Assembly (NCBI GenBank): GCA_947085985.1 | Contig: CAMTYL010000003.1 | Location: 234,108 to 298,107, forward strand | Source: an uncultured bacterium | Lineage (GTDB): Bacteria > Patescibacteriota > Minisyncoccia > Phycocordibacterales > Phycocordibacteraceae | Length of the DNA stretch: 64,000 bases | Direction: 5' to 3' | In this document: piece after piece, positions 18,352-27,119 of the stretch | How positions within the stretch are numbered: the first letter of the stretch is position 1 | How the letters are laid out: every line of letters begins with the position of its first letter | Notes under the pieces: model-generated | Database searches by the model: none | Told to the model about the DNA's origin: nothing | Seen by the model: only the letters and a program-made list of their open reading frames with translations | Made by a program: the position numbers and the translations under genes

Positions 18352-19599
18352 CTATGCGTTCTTGCCAGCCAGGTACCCGGTAGTCCAACAAAGTTGAAGT
18401 GAGTACCCGCCCGATGGACGGGTGATATCAAGCAGGTCGCCTGTCACAAACAAATTCTCCACTTTCTTGGAACGCATGGTGCGCATATCAATCTCGGTAA
18501 GTGCCACCCCGCCGTCAGCAACGACCGCACGACTCATACCCATAAGTCCAGAAATGCTAATCGGCAAACCCTTGAACAAATCAATAAGCACACGGCGCTC
18601 TTCCTTGGTTACCGAATGCACTTTAGTGTCGGGACTAATATCTGGAACGAGACCAAGTAGTGTCTCTACCATTGAAGAAGGAACGAGTTGTGGGAGTGTG
18701 TTCCGTAGCAACTTATTCTTGTTGCTATCAAACAGAGCGACGAGTTCCTTGTCCAAGATACCAATGTCTTTGGTTGGGAACATGTCTATGGTCGCAGTAA
18801 CCACTCCTTCGTACAGAAGGTCAGCAACAGTTCCTGCAGCGTTTAGAATAGTTGGTCCTGAAATACCAAAATGTGTGAGCAGAATGTCGCCACGCTTATT
18901 GAGTTTCCTCTCACCATCCAAATAGAAGGTAATCTTCGCATCAGTAAGCGTCGTGCCCTTCAAGGTGTGCACCCACTTCTCTTTTACCGCTAGGGGCACA
19001 ATCGTTGGTGTTGGCGCGGTGACGGTGTGCCCAAGCTCACTCAGCCAATCAAAGCCGTCTCCGGTAGAGCCCGTCTCTGGGTGCGACACGCCACCAGTCG
19101 CAAAGATGTAAGTATCAGCACTGAACTCAAATCCTTGCGCCACAATCGCCGTGATTCTACTTCCCTCTGTTTTTATGCGCGCGATAGCAGTATTGGTACG
19201 TACTTCTACCCCAAGCTCACGCAAATAATTTTCTAACGCTTCAACCACGAATACTGCGCGCTGTGAGACAGGGAACGCACGCTTGCGAGCTTCCACCACA
19301 ATAGGCACACCAATGCGATTAAAGAAGGCTGTTGCTTCTTGCACCCCAAACTCAGCAAACGCAGAGTAGAGAAAGGGCGCAGCCTCGCCATAATTAGCCA
19401 GAAGTGCATGTACGTCTTCTTCTGCATTCAGTATGTTGCAGCGACCGCCACCAGAAATGGCGAGCTTCTTGCCGAGCTCTGCGTTCTTCTCGATGAGTAG
19501 AACGCGCTTGCCCTGCTCAGCTGAAATACAAGCCGCCATCATGCCCGAGGCTCCACCACCCACAACGATAACGTCGTGCGTGTTTCCTGATTTAGGCAT
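18352..19599 (-). CDS. HI0933/BaiN-family FAD-binding oxidoreductase
   Basis: HDVIVVGGGASGMMAACISAEQGKRVLLIEKNAELGKKLAISGGGRCN is the diagnostic N-terminal motif. Confidence 0.8.
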   Translation of the reverse strand: MPKSGNTHDVIVVGGGASGMMAACISAEQGKRVLLIEKNAELGKKLAISGGGRCNILNAEEDVHALLANYGEAAPFLYSAFAEFGVQEATAFFNRIGVPIVVEARKRAFPVSQRAVFVVEALENYLRELGVEVRTNTAIARIKTEGSRITAIVAQGFEFSADTYIFATGGVSHPETGSTGDGFDWLSELGHTVTAPTPTIVPLAVKEKWVHTLKGTTLTDAKITFYLDGERKLNKRGDILLTHFGISGPTILNAAGTVADLLYEGVVTATIDMFPTKDIGILDKELVALFDSNKNKLLRNTLPQLVPSSMVETLLGLVPDISPDTKVHSVTKEERRVLIDLFKGLPISISGLMGMSRAVVADGGVALTEIDMRTMRSKKVENLFVTGDLLDITRPSGGYSLQLCWTTGYLAGKNA

Positions 19600-20473
19600 G
19601 GGCAGCTGGCTGTGCGGTTACGTGCTCCATACACGAAACTGAACAGAGAGTTCCTTCTTCTTTTTGGCACGACTCACACGCAAGAAAGTGCAGGTGACAG
19701 TCATTGTTTGCGCAGTTCACATACTTCTCCGTAGAATCACCACATAGCTTGCAGCGCCCCACCACTTCGCGATCACCGCCAAAATCCATCGTGAGGCGCT
19801 TGTCAAACGTGTACAGTGTTCCCTGGAAATCCTTGCCGGGGAACTTTTCCATGTATGCATGCATGCCGTTCTCTAGCTGGTACACGTCCTCAAACCCGTG
19901 CTCAAGAAGAAACGCGGACATTTTTTCGCAGCGCACACCACCTGTACACACGGTCACTACCTTCTTAGGCTTTAGCGGCTCAAGTACATGCATAGCTTTT
20001 GGCAAATCACGCGAGTTCTCCATACCAGGATTCACCGAACCCTTAAAGTGGCCCGACTGATATTCGTAGTCGTTTCGCATATCCACCACGACAAAATCCT
20101 CACCCTTTTCGTACCACTCGCGCAGTGTCTCTGCGGCTAGGTGCGGCGCAGTACGCACGCGCGGGTCAATGTTCTTAGGGAAGCGTGTTCCCACAATCTC
20201 GTCGCGCACTTTTACATACAGCTTACTGAAGGATGCTCCCGTTCCCTCACTTCGCTTTATGTTCATATCTACAAAGCGTTGATCTTTCACAAGCTCCACT
20301 GCAAACGCTTCGGTATCAGCGGTGAGCCCCTCAAGGGTTCCGTTGATTCCCTCCTCTGCTACGAGTACGCGCCCCAGAAGATTGTGCTCCTTGGCAAGCG
20401 CCCTGACACTGTCCATGACAGCTTTTGGGTCCTCTATAGTGACGTATTTATAGAAAAGCAGTACTTGATGCAT
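19592..20473 (-). CDS. trhO: rhodanese-domain tRNA U34 hydroxylase TrhO (YceA/UPF0176) with C-terminal Cys cluster
   Basis: LLFYKYVTIEDP...EGINGT (N-domain). Rhodanese CTGGVRCEK. C-terminal CKLCGD...CANNDCHLHFLACESC. Longest ORF reaches 20542; Met at 20473 avoids overlap. Confidence 0.7.
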   Translation of the reverse strand: MHQVLLFYKYVTIEDPKAVMDSVRALAKEHNLLGRVLVAEEGINGTLEGLTADTEAFAVELVKDQRFVDMNIKRSEGTGASFSKLYVKVRDEIVGTRFPKNIDPRVRTAPHLAAETLREWYEKGEDFVVVDMRNDYEYQSGHFKGSVNPGMENSRDLPKAMHVLEPLKPKKVVTVCTGGVRCEKMSAFLLEHGFEDVYQLENGMHAYMEKFPGKDFQGTLYTFDKRLTMDFGGDREVVGRCKLCGDSTEKYVNCANNDCHLHFLACESCQKEEGTLCSVSCMEHVTAQPAAHA

Positions 20474-20486
20474 CGGTGGCAGTCTA

Positions 20487-21086
20487 TCAGTTTTGCGCTC
20501 GTTCGTCAGCAGGGCGCTTCTCTTTGCGAAAGCGTGCTGCAAAGAGAATGATGGTCATCGCACCGTTAGCGAGCAGCATCGCGACTGAGTGCAGGACGGT
20601 AGCAACGTTATATGAACTTAGCGAGAGAAGCGAGAGCACATGACGAACCACGTTTGTACCGTATAGTAGAGGCGTCTCGGTCTCTGGGTGTAGGTATGCC
20701 TTGCGCAGCGTAGGAACGAACGCAATCAAATCAATGGTCACAGCAATGACAACAGAAAGCGTTGGGTCCTTAGTGAGGAGCCAAGGAATAAGCCCAAGCA
20801 ACGCGATAATGAGAAATATCGTGTCGGTTCGTGTGACATGCTTAAAACCAAACCGTAGACTGAACAAAAGAATAAGAATTGTGAATGCCTCAGCAACGGC
20901 CGTTGGGAGCGCACCCCAACCCGCACCACTTGCAAGTTGTCCGGCCAACGTAATGCCTGAGACAATACTCCAGACAAACCACGTATAGGCGTGTGGCTCA
21001 ATCTTTCTGCGCAGCAAGTCACGCAAGTAGGGAGCATGACCAACAATTACCAAAAGTGCTGCAAGCACTGCAAAGGTCTCCTTCAT
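20487..21086 (-). CDS. hypothetical polytopic membrane protein (199 aa)
   Basis: 5-6 hydrophobic helices. 4-bp overlap with the upstream 2H phosphoesterase gene. Confidence 0.45.
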   Translation of the reverse strand: MKETFAVLAALLVIVGHAPYLRDLLRRKIEPHAYTWFVWSIVSGITLAGQLASGAGWGALPTAVAEAFTILILLFSLRFGFKHVTRTDTIFLIIALLGLIPWLLTKDPTLSVVIAVTIDLIAFVPTLRKAYLHPETETPLLYGTNVVRHVLSLLSLSSYNVATVLHSVAMLLANGAMTIILFAARFRKEKRPADERAQN

Positions 21087-21631
21087 ACACTAGTCTGCTC
21101 TCCAAAGGGAAATTCACCAATTCTCTTCCACACGTCGGTCGCACCTGGCGTGTGCCACAACGTAAATGAGGAAACCTCAAACGAGACTGGGGACAAAAAC
21201 TGTAGAGAGGCAATACTCTCTTGCTTGCGCTCAGTGTCGTAGAGCCCGTAAAGCAAACTCACGTGTGGCATGTACACCGAGGCATCTTCTCCGCAAAAAA
21301 CACTTCGTGCCATCTGGTGACACTCTGCAACTTCTTCTGCATTCTGGACCGTCATGTACAACGTTCTAAAGTACGTTTCCTCAGCACCAAATCCATTCAA
21401 GGTAAGTGTAAACGGCGACAACTTGTCAGCGAGCAATTGTGCCTTTTGCGCAAGAAGTTCTTCTTCATCTTCGGGAATGGTGGCCAGAAGTGTGAGGTGC
21501 GGAGCAAAGATTGGACCACCGTACTCACCCGCTAGAGCTTCAACGGTACGCGTGAGCATTTCCCCAACTTCGCCACCCGGTTCAAAAAACAAATGGTAGC
21601 CTTCGGTTTCGTTGTTCCTTGGATCAATCAT
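21083..21631 (-). CDS. 2H phosphoesterase superfamily protein (LigT / 2'-5' RNA ligase-like)
   Basis: Two H-x-T/S-x motifs: APHLTLL and MPHVSLLYG. Confidence 0.6.
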   Translation of the reverse strand: MIDPRNNETEGYHLFFEPGGEVGEMLTRTVEALAGEYGGPIFAPHLTLLATIPEDEEELLAQKAQLLADKLSPFTLTLNGFGAEETYFRTLYMTVQNAEEVAECHQMARSVFCGEDASVYMPHVSLLYGLYDTERKQESIASLQFLSPVSFEVSSFTLWHTPGATDVWKRIGEFPFGEQTSV

Positions 21632-21744
21632 TCCTCCATTGTAATACGAGCCTATGTTCCTCGTGCAGGAGTATGCTTAGGAGAGGTTGACCGTTTACAA
21701 CTTTCAATGTATAAACACTTCAGGTTCCTTCTGGGAGAAACATC

Positions 21745-22119
21745 GTGACCACATTCGATTCGTTTCGCTTTTCGCGTCTGATGAGCGACAGACACAGCCT
21801 CTTTGCCGAGTTTCAGGCAAAGATGCATAAGCAGCAGGAGGCTGAGGAGAAGTTCGCCAAAGACCTTCTTGCAGCGGTCCCGAAGCGCTTGAGGCGCTTC
21901 GTCCGTGAACAGGGAGTGATTGAGGTGCTCTTGAAGTACGGTTCCTATTCGGACCGTTACGGCTACAACCTTCCTGGCCTCGGCACCTACGAGTCTGTGC
22001 TGACGGCCATCAAAGAACTGCGCACCGCATGGAAGAAGAACGTCGTCATCACCATCGACGCCCCAGGCGAAATCGGAAGAGTGTCGATTCGTTACTTCGT
22101 CGCTCCGCACATCTACTGA
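21745..22119 (+). CDS. hypothetical protein (124 aa)
   Basis: Intact ORF followed by a strong intrinsic terminator. No recognised motif. Confidence 0.4.
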   Translation: MTTFDSFRFSRLMSDRHSLFAEFQAKMHKQQEAEEKFAKDLLAAVPKRLRRFVREQGVIEVLLKYGSYSDRYGYNLPGLGTYESVLTAIKELRTAWKKNVVITIDAPGEIGRVSIRYFVAPHIY

Positions 22120-22131
22120 CCGCCTGAAGAA

Positions 22132-22178
22132 GCCCGGAGGAGTAATTCCCCGCCGCTCCTCCGGGCGGCTTTCTTTAT
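22132..22178 (+). terminator. rho-independent terminator
   Basis: GCCCGGAGGAG...CTCCTCCGGGC 11-bp stem followed by TTTCTTTATT. Confidence 0.6.
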
Positions 22179-22213
22179 TCAATTACAAAGTGAGGCAATA
22201 CTCTTTATCACGC

Positions 22214-22687
22214 TTAGGAAAAGGGATCCCATCCAGGCCTAGTGTTCGGCGCTCGCTCGCGCAGGCGAATACTAATGAGCACGATGCTTGCACACCACAG
22301 AAGCACGGCAGCCACGAAGAGTCCACCCCCGTCTTGATTCGGGTCTATGCCAAGCGGTGTGAACAGGTGGAAGAATAGGGCACCCGACATAATGACAAAC
22401 GCGATGCCGCTACCGATAAGCGAAAGCACGCGGAAGCGCGGCAATAGTCCAAGGAGGATGAGAACCACCGCGATGAGTTCCACCGTGCCGATGACGTATG
22501 GACTGAATATGCCCGCGTGAGCAAAAATCCCAGAGAACCCAAGCGTACCGGCCCACGAATCAAGGATGCCAAAAATATTTTCAGTGTTCGGGTGATTTGT
22601 GAATTTATACCGAAGCGAGTCCAGGAATATAGCTGCGATATAGAGAGAAAGCACTATGGGAAAAACTGATGTGAATGATTTCTTCAT
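22214..22687 (-). CDS. DoxX-family membrane protein
   Basis: 157 aa, 4 TM. Pattern consistent with DoxX (MKKSFTSVFPIVLSLYIAAIFLDSLRYKF...ELIAVVLILLGLLPRF). Confidence 0.55.
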   Translation of the reverse strand: MKKSFTSVFPIVLSLYIAAIFLDSLRYKFTNHPNTENIFGILDSWAGTLGFSGIFAHAGIFSPYVIGTVELIAVVLILLGLLPRFRVLSLIGSGIAFVIMSGALFFHLFTPLGIDPNQDGGGLFVAAVLLWCASIVLISIRLRERAPNTRPGWDPFS

Positions 22688-22720
22688 ACAGACATAGTAT
22701 AGCGCTTCACAGTACTAACA

Positions 22721-22750
22721 TTGACAAAAGTACATTTATATGTATATAAT
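22721..22750 (+). promoter_or_regulatory. sigma-70-like promoter (TTGACA-N18-TATAAT) at the left edge of the GC-shifted island
   Basis: TTGACA at 22721-22726. TATAAT at 22745-22750. AT-rich context, 27 bp upstream of the 22777 ORF. Confidence 0.5.
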
Positions 22751-22776
22751 ACTTATAGGAATATCATTGCGCAGAC

Positions 22777-23133
22777 ATGGAGATTGCCATGCGCCTCGTT
22801 GCCCTTTCTATCGCCCTTGGCCTGCTACCCAGCGGACAGGTCGTCGCTGCCGAACCGAACTTCCTCCAGTTCTCGGAGGAACCGGTGGGACAGCCCTTCA
22901 CGCCGCCGCACTTGTCCGTCCGCTACAAAAACCGGACGCCCACCTACGCGGAGGCAGTGGCGCTGACGAAGTCCAAGCAGGAGTGCACAGCCGAAGTGGC
23001 GTCCCTCACGTCGTTTCGGAAGGACCGCTATGTCGCCTGCTTGAACTTCAAGCTGAAGCCGCTCGGAGTCGAAGTCACGCTCGCCGGCTCGGCGGCCGAG
23101 TTCGACGCCAAGTACGGTAAGAAGTTGAAGTAA
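22777..23133 (+). CDS. hypothetical secreted protein (signal peptide, 118 aa), GC-rich
   Basis: N-terminal MRLVALSIALGLLPSGQVVAA signal-like. GC visibly higher than flanks. Confidence 0.45.
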   Translation: MEIAMRLVALSIALGLLPSGQVVAAEPNFLQFSEEPVGQPFTPPHLSVRYKNRTPTYAEAVALTKSKQECTAEVASLTSFRKDRYVACLNFKLKPLGVEVTLAGSAAEFDAKYGKKLK

Positions 23134-23150
23134 CTATATCGCCTAACGGA

Positions 23151-23177
23151 GTCGCCCGACCCGTTGGGCGATTTCTG
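23151..23177 (+). terminator. rho-independent terminator
   Basis: TCGCCC-gacccgtt-GGGCGA then TTTCTGT. Confidence 0.45.
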
Positions 23178-23232
23178 TACCCCACCCCTGTTGTGTGATA
23201 GGTTGTCCTCGGACCAACAAGGGAGGCGCAAT

Positions 23233-23533
23233 CGTGCCTAAGAAAGAATTAGGCACCGTTGTGCCAAGCTCTGAGATGCCTGCATACGAAGCGCGCATCA
23301 TGACCACGACCGAGGGCCGCCAAAGTCTGCCCGACGTGCTTCAAAAAATGTACGGCGATAAAGGCATCGTGGCCTTTGACCGCTACGGACGAGTGATTGG
23401 GGTTGCGGTTCCGCTTGAAGCGATTCGCATGCTCGCCGGCGTCTATGTGGATGAAGCGGTCCGAATCCGCATTCGAAACACAGCCCACAACCTTCTCGAT
23501 CACCTTGACCAGCAACAAGAGGATGCCAAGTAG
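23233..23533 (+). CDS. Phd/YefM-like antitoxin-family protein (start uncertain: GTG 23233 after GGAGG, or ATG 23276; longest ORF from 23195)
   Basis: ARIMTTTEGRQSLPDVLQKMYGDKGIVAFDRYGRVIGVAVPLEAIRMLAG resembles the Phd/YefM fold pattern (T.TEAR..L.D.L....G.V...R.G...AV.V..E.Y..L). Confidence 0.45.
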
Positions 23534-23758
23534 ATGCAAACAGTAATACTGCCGCAGGCAGTTCCCACCTACGAGAAGTTCCCTGGGTGCGGGCTTATGA
23601 CCACGAACATTCGGCTTCCCGCTGGTACTGAGGTGGTCCTGGACCCACCCGTGATGGTGCAGGTCAACGGGCGCGAGGTCAAAGCCTACCCGCTCTACAA
23701 CGAACCCGAGACTTTCGTACTCTTCAGGGAGCTCGGTCTGCCCGACCTCGTCGACTAG
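23534..23758 (+). CDS. hypothetical small protein translationally coupled to the Phd/YefM-like gene (candidate toxin partner)
   Basis: ATG directly abuts the upstream TAG (TAGATG). 74 aa, no match to RelE/ParE/Doc motifs. Confidence 0.4.
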   Translation: MQTVILPQAVPTYEKFPGCGLMTTNIRLPAGTEVVLDPPVMVQVNGREVKAYPLYNEPETFVLFRELGLPDLVD

Positions 23759-23762
23759 CCAG

Positions 23763-23800
23763 CCCACCGGCTGCGGATTGCCCGCTCCGGTGGGTTTTCT
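23763..23800 (+). terminator. rho-independent terminator
   Basis: CCCACCGG...CCGGTGGG stem followed by TTTTCT. Confidence 0.55.
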
Positions 23801-23811
23801 GTATCAACGCG

Positions 23812-24618
23812 CTAGTAAACCGATACGGAATTCACAATTCGCCTTGATGCAGCCCTATGTGCAATTCTTTCTTTAGAAGTAGGAACGGTGGCATACAATA
23901 GCGCAGCTAAGTCCTCTGAAGTCCTAGCGACTACTGCATCCACTGCAGGCATACCGCATAGCGTCTCTAGCAGTGCGCACTTCTCTTCTTCCGAATTTCC
24001 TACTGCGGCACCAAGGATTACGCACCCTGCCACGGACCCCTGAAGGCTGTCAGCGTCCTGTTGTCGAACGACAACGTACTCGGTAAGTCCAAGCGCGCTA
24101 ATCACCGCACGCGAGCGCACACAAGCTGTCTCGTCTCTGTCTATGCAGATGATGCGGGTGCCATATAGGTGCGCAGTAAGAATAGCGGAGAGCGGAAGCG
24201 GGCCAGAGCCTACAAAGTACATGGGCTCAGTCACTGAGGTATGTTCCTGATAGAAATCAAACTCCTCATGCACCAACGCAACGTAGTTTTTATAGTACGG
24301 GAACTCGCGCAAACAGGTCCACGCATCCTCTGCGTCGACAATCCTCTGCGACCAATACTCTTCCATACGAAACTCTCCTTCTGCTGCGACACTGCGCACG
24401 CGTGCCACATCTGCTTCAGAGAACACCGAGAGGTGACCGTTTCCACGATGAGCAAGGATAAGACCAACTAACTCCGAAAAGAGTGCGTCAACCTCGGGCG
24501 AGGGAGCAAGTGATGGAAGAGCTTGCAACGCGTCAACAACAGAAAGAACCTGCGCTTTTATCTGCGCAGGTGAAACGGGAGTACTAGTAGCAGTTGTCAT
24601 GAGTAGTATGAGTGCCAC
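23812..24618 (-). CDS. nicotianamine synthase-like protein (NAS/CntL family SAM-dependent aminobutyryl transferase)
   Basis: Collinear NAS hallmarks: LAPSPEVDALFSELV, FPYYKNYVALVHEEFDFY, MYFVGSGPLPLSAILTA, C-terminal RIVNSV. Confidence 0.65.
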   Translation of the reverse strand: MALILLMTTATSTPVSPAQIKAQVLSVVDALQALPSLAPSPEVDALFSELVGLILAHRGNGHLSVFSEADVARVRSVAAEGEFRMEEYWSQRIVDAEDAWTCLREFPYYKNYVALVHEEFDFYQEHTSVTEPMYFVGSGPLPLSAILTAHLYGTRIICIDRDETACVRSRAVISALGLTEYVVVRQQDADSLQGSVAGCVILGAAVGNSEEEKCALLETLCGMPAVDAVVARTSEDLAALLYATVPTSKERIAHRAASRRIVNSVSVY

Positions 24619-24666
24619 AGACCCAAAGGGTCTGTGGCAAAAAGTTGAGCAAGCGTGCGCTTCGTC

Positions 24667-26280
24667 CTAGATGGATTCGCGCGTCGTCTGCCAGACCTGG
24701 ACGTCACCACCGAGCTGTTGTGCGTGGTTAAGCGCACGCAGCAGGAGGTGACGGTCCTTGTTGAGCGTCGAGAAAGAAAGCGCACGGCAGAGTTCGAGTT
24801 GTTGCCAGTAGGCCCGCTCAGGGTCGCTGTTGAGCGATCCCAGCGAGAGCACGCCTTCGGCCGCCATGTCGGCGAGCCTGAGCGACTCGGCTTCTTCTCG
24901 AAACTGACCGAGCTCTGCAGGAAACGCATGCAGCCACCAGGTGATGGAGACGGCAAGCTCACGCTTGTTCGTCGCCACCTCAGAAGCGGCAATGTGCTCT
25001 TCTTGTTCCCGCAGGACCGTTGCGGCTGCGAGCCAGTACTGCATGCAGCGATACAAGGCCCTAGGGAACCACTCGTCGCGCACCGACCCTCGCCGTGCGA
25101 CTTCTTTCAGGATCTGCAGCGGTTCCGGATGTGTAATGAGCCGAAGCGCACCATCAGCCGACACAATCTGCGGCGACGCAGGAATCTCTTCCATGAGTCG
25201 CTGAACTTCCCGAATGGTCTCCTCGCGGGTTCCGGACTCCCTACGCATCAGCTGATAGCTTTCCGCGAGTTCGCCGGGCCCGTCGTACGAGACGATGAGC
25301 TGCGCGAGGCTTGGCAGGTCGAGCGCAAGCGATACGGGCCGCGTGGCGTAGAACGTCACGAAGCCGCGTTCGTCTGGCAGTGTCTGCGTCCAGGTCTCAT
25401 GGACCCGGTTGAACAGTCGACCGTCGCAGGCGCCCTTCACACGAGGAACGAATTCCTGCGTGCCATGGAACACCTGTTGCACGCCGGCGAATGTAGCATC
25501 CGCGGCAAGCAGGTATGAGTAGAGCGCCATGCCGTGTTCATCGTGATGATGATCGTGGTGGCCTTCGTGATTGTGTGGATGCGCGTGATGGTCGTGATGA
25601 CCATGACTACATGCACTGTGGTGGCACGCGGACTTCATGACGACGCCCTCGCCAAGCAACGCGCGAGGAACCGCATCACCTTCGGGAAGAAGGAAGATGC
25701 GCTTACCCGAGGCGTGTTGCTCGATGTAGTCGATGACGCCGTCGAGACGTTCGTCAGCGACGCTCATGACGTCAGGCGGATACTTGGTGAGCGCGATGCC
25801 CACCGTAGCCGCCTTTATCTGGCTTTCCATGATGGCGCCATAGCGCACGCGATTCTGCTCCAGATGGAGCACATCCACGACGCAGACCACCTGGAATGGG
25901 TATCCCGCGGACGAGAGAAAGTTTTTCGTTTCGTCGCCCGACACAATGCCGAACCCCTCCACGAAGATCCATTCCATCCCGTCTGCCGCAAGCGCATCAA
26001 GCGTTCGCCGCAGATCAGCTTCGTCCGAGCAGGTGAAACAGCCGTTCACCATGGGCATGACGGAAGCGTAGGCCGAAGCCACACTTCCGTCCACATTCCC
26101 AATGCCACCCTCGTCGTTGACGATATAGGCGCATCGCTCGCGACTCACTTCTCCAGACTCGGTAAGCGAGCGAAGTGTGGCCACCGTCAGACTGGTCTTA
26201 CCAGCTCCAAACGGCCCCACAGCCGCAAAGATATGCGGCACTGCCGTAGCTTTCATTATCTTCCCCTCCTTGGGGTTCAC
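24667..26280 (-). CDS. COG0523-family (CobW/ZigA/YeiR-like) metallochaperone GTPase with His-rich linker and extended C-terminal domain
   Basis: Walker A GPFGAGKTSL. CxxC-type metal motif NGCFTC (compare CobW GCICC). His-rich stretch CHHSACSHGHHDHHAHPHNHEGHHDHHHDEHG. About 280 aa of C-terminal sequence of unknown function. Confidence 0.6.
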   Translation of the reverse strand: MNPKEGKIMKATAVPHIFAAVGPFGAGKTSLTVATLRSLTESGEVSRERCAYIVNDEGGIGNVDGSVASAYASVMPMVNGCFTCSDEADLRRTLDALAADGMEWIFVEGFGIVSGDETKNFLSSAGYPFQVVCVVDVLHLEQNRVRYGAIMESQIKAATVGIALTKYPPDVMSVADERLDGVIDYIEQHASGKRIFLLPEGDAVPRALLGEGVVMKSACHHSACSHGHHDHHAHPHNHEGHHDHHHDEHGMALYSYLLAADATFAGVQQVFHGTQEFVPRVKGACDGRLFNRVHETWTQTLPDERGFVTFYATRPVSLALDLPSLAQLIVSYDGPGELAESYQLMRRESGTREETIREVQRLMEEIPASPQIVSADGALRLITHPEPLQILKEVARRGSVRDEWFPRALYRCMQYWLAAATVLREQEEHIAASEVATNKRELAVSITWWLHAFPAELGQFREEAESLRLADMAAEGVLSLGSLNSDPERAYWQQLELCRALSFSTLNKDRHLLLRALNHAQQLGGDVQVWQTTRESI

Positions 26281-26340
26281 TGTTGAAGGACATAGAGCGC
26301 CAAGGTGGCGCTCCCCATAACGACTGTATCGTGTTTAGGT

Positions 26341-26367
26341 TCTAGTTGCAAACCATTCGCAACTAGA
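26341..26367. promoter_or_regulatory. near-perfect ~26-bp palindrome TCTAGTTGCAAaccaTTCGCAACTAGA upstream of the COG0523/NAS operon (candidate metalloregulator operator)
   Basis: 11-bp arms with 1 mismatch. Lies between a putative promoter and the RBS (AAGGAGGGGAAG) of the 26280 start. Confidence 0.45.
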
Positions 26368-26408
26368 TGCTGTTGGCATGGTGTATACTAGCACGGTTAA
26401 TAGGAGCG

Positions 26409-26675
26409 TTAGCGATGCGGACACCCAGCAAAACAGCATGGACGGCGCATGCCTCCACTTAGTTTTGAGATAGTCTTCTCAATACGAATTCCGCGCGTCT
26501 CTGCCCTTTTTCCTGAAATTACCCAACAGACCCATTCACTGCGCGCAAGCGGAGTAATATCCTCCCAGACCGCAAGAGCTTTTGGTGCCATTGCAATTGC
26601 AGCCTTCAAATCAGCAGGCAATGTGTGAGCAGGACCCTTCCGTTTCATAACAGTATTGTACAGCGCCCAGATCAA
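26409..26675 (-). CDS. YdeI/OmdA-family protein (DUF1801-like)
   Basis: LPADLKAAIAMAPKALAVWEDITPLARSEWVCWVISGKRAETRGIRIEKTISKL matches the YdeI/OmpD-associated family pattern. Confidence 0.5.
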   Translation of the reverse strand: MIWALYNTVMKRKGPAHTLPADLKAAIAMAPKALAVWEDITPLARSEWVCWVISGKRAETRGIRIEKTISKLSGGMRRPCCFAGCPHR

Positions 26676-26768
26676 GAAGCGTGCTGTGCTGGCAGTCTGG
26701 GAGATGTTGGAACCTTTTGACCAAATCTTCCGAAGCCCTTAGTATGCGACCAGACGGAGGAGCGCATA

Positions 26769-27119
26769 ATGCTTGATTCAGAAATCGCCAACTCCATTGT
26801 GGAGTCGAGCCTAAAATTGCTCGGTGCTCCATACCGAGAAGACTACAGATGTATTGAGTTCGCCCGAGAGGTGTACAGCACCGTCGGACTTTCTCTGCCT
26901 CCGCCTTCGATGAATCTAACGGTGGCGGATATGAAAGACCCGCCCATAGGTTATGTCCTGTACCTGAGGCACAAGGCTCATCGCGGAACGAGTCTATTCA
27001 CTCACGTAGTGATTACGCTTTCAGAACGTAGATGTATACACGCGTCCTATTACTTCGGGATGGCAGTTGTCATAACTGATCTTGATGTACTGCTTGAACT
27101 GTACGACGTAGCCACCTAA
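26769..27119 (+). CDS. small NlpC/P60 (C40 peptidase)-like protein (tentative)
   Basis: LGAPYREDYRCIEFAREVY (Cys in DCSG-like position), later THVVI / CIHAS His residues. Overlaps the convergent 27021-27776 ORF by 99 bp, so one of the two may be shorter. Confidence 0.35.
   Translation: MLDSEIANSIVESSLKLLGAPYREDYRCIEFAREVYSTVGLSLPPPSMNLTVADMKDPPIGYVLYLRHKAHRGTSLFTHVVITLSERRCIHASYYFGMAVVITDLDVLLELYDVAT

Noticed and set aside
24655-25518. 287-aa plus-strand ORF overlapping the NAS-like and COG0523 genes
   Set aside because: Antisense to two well-supported genes in a GC-rich region. No motif. Arg/Leu-rich composition typical of GC-rich antisense frames.
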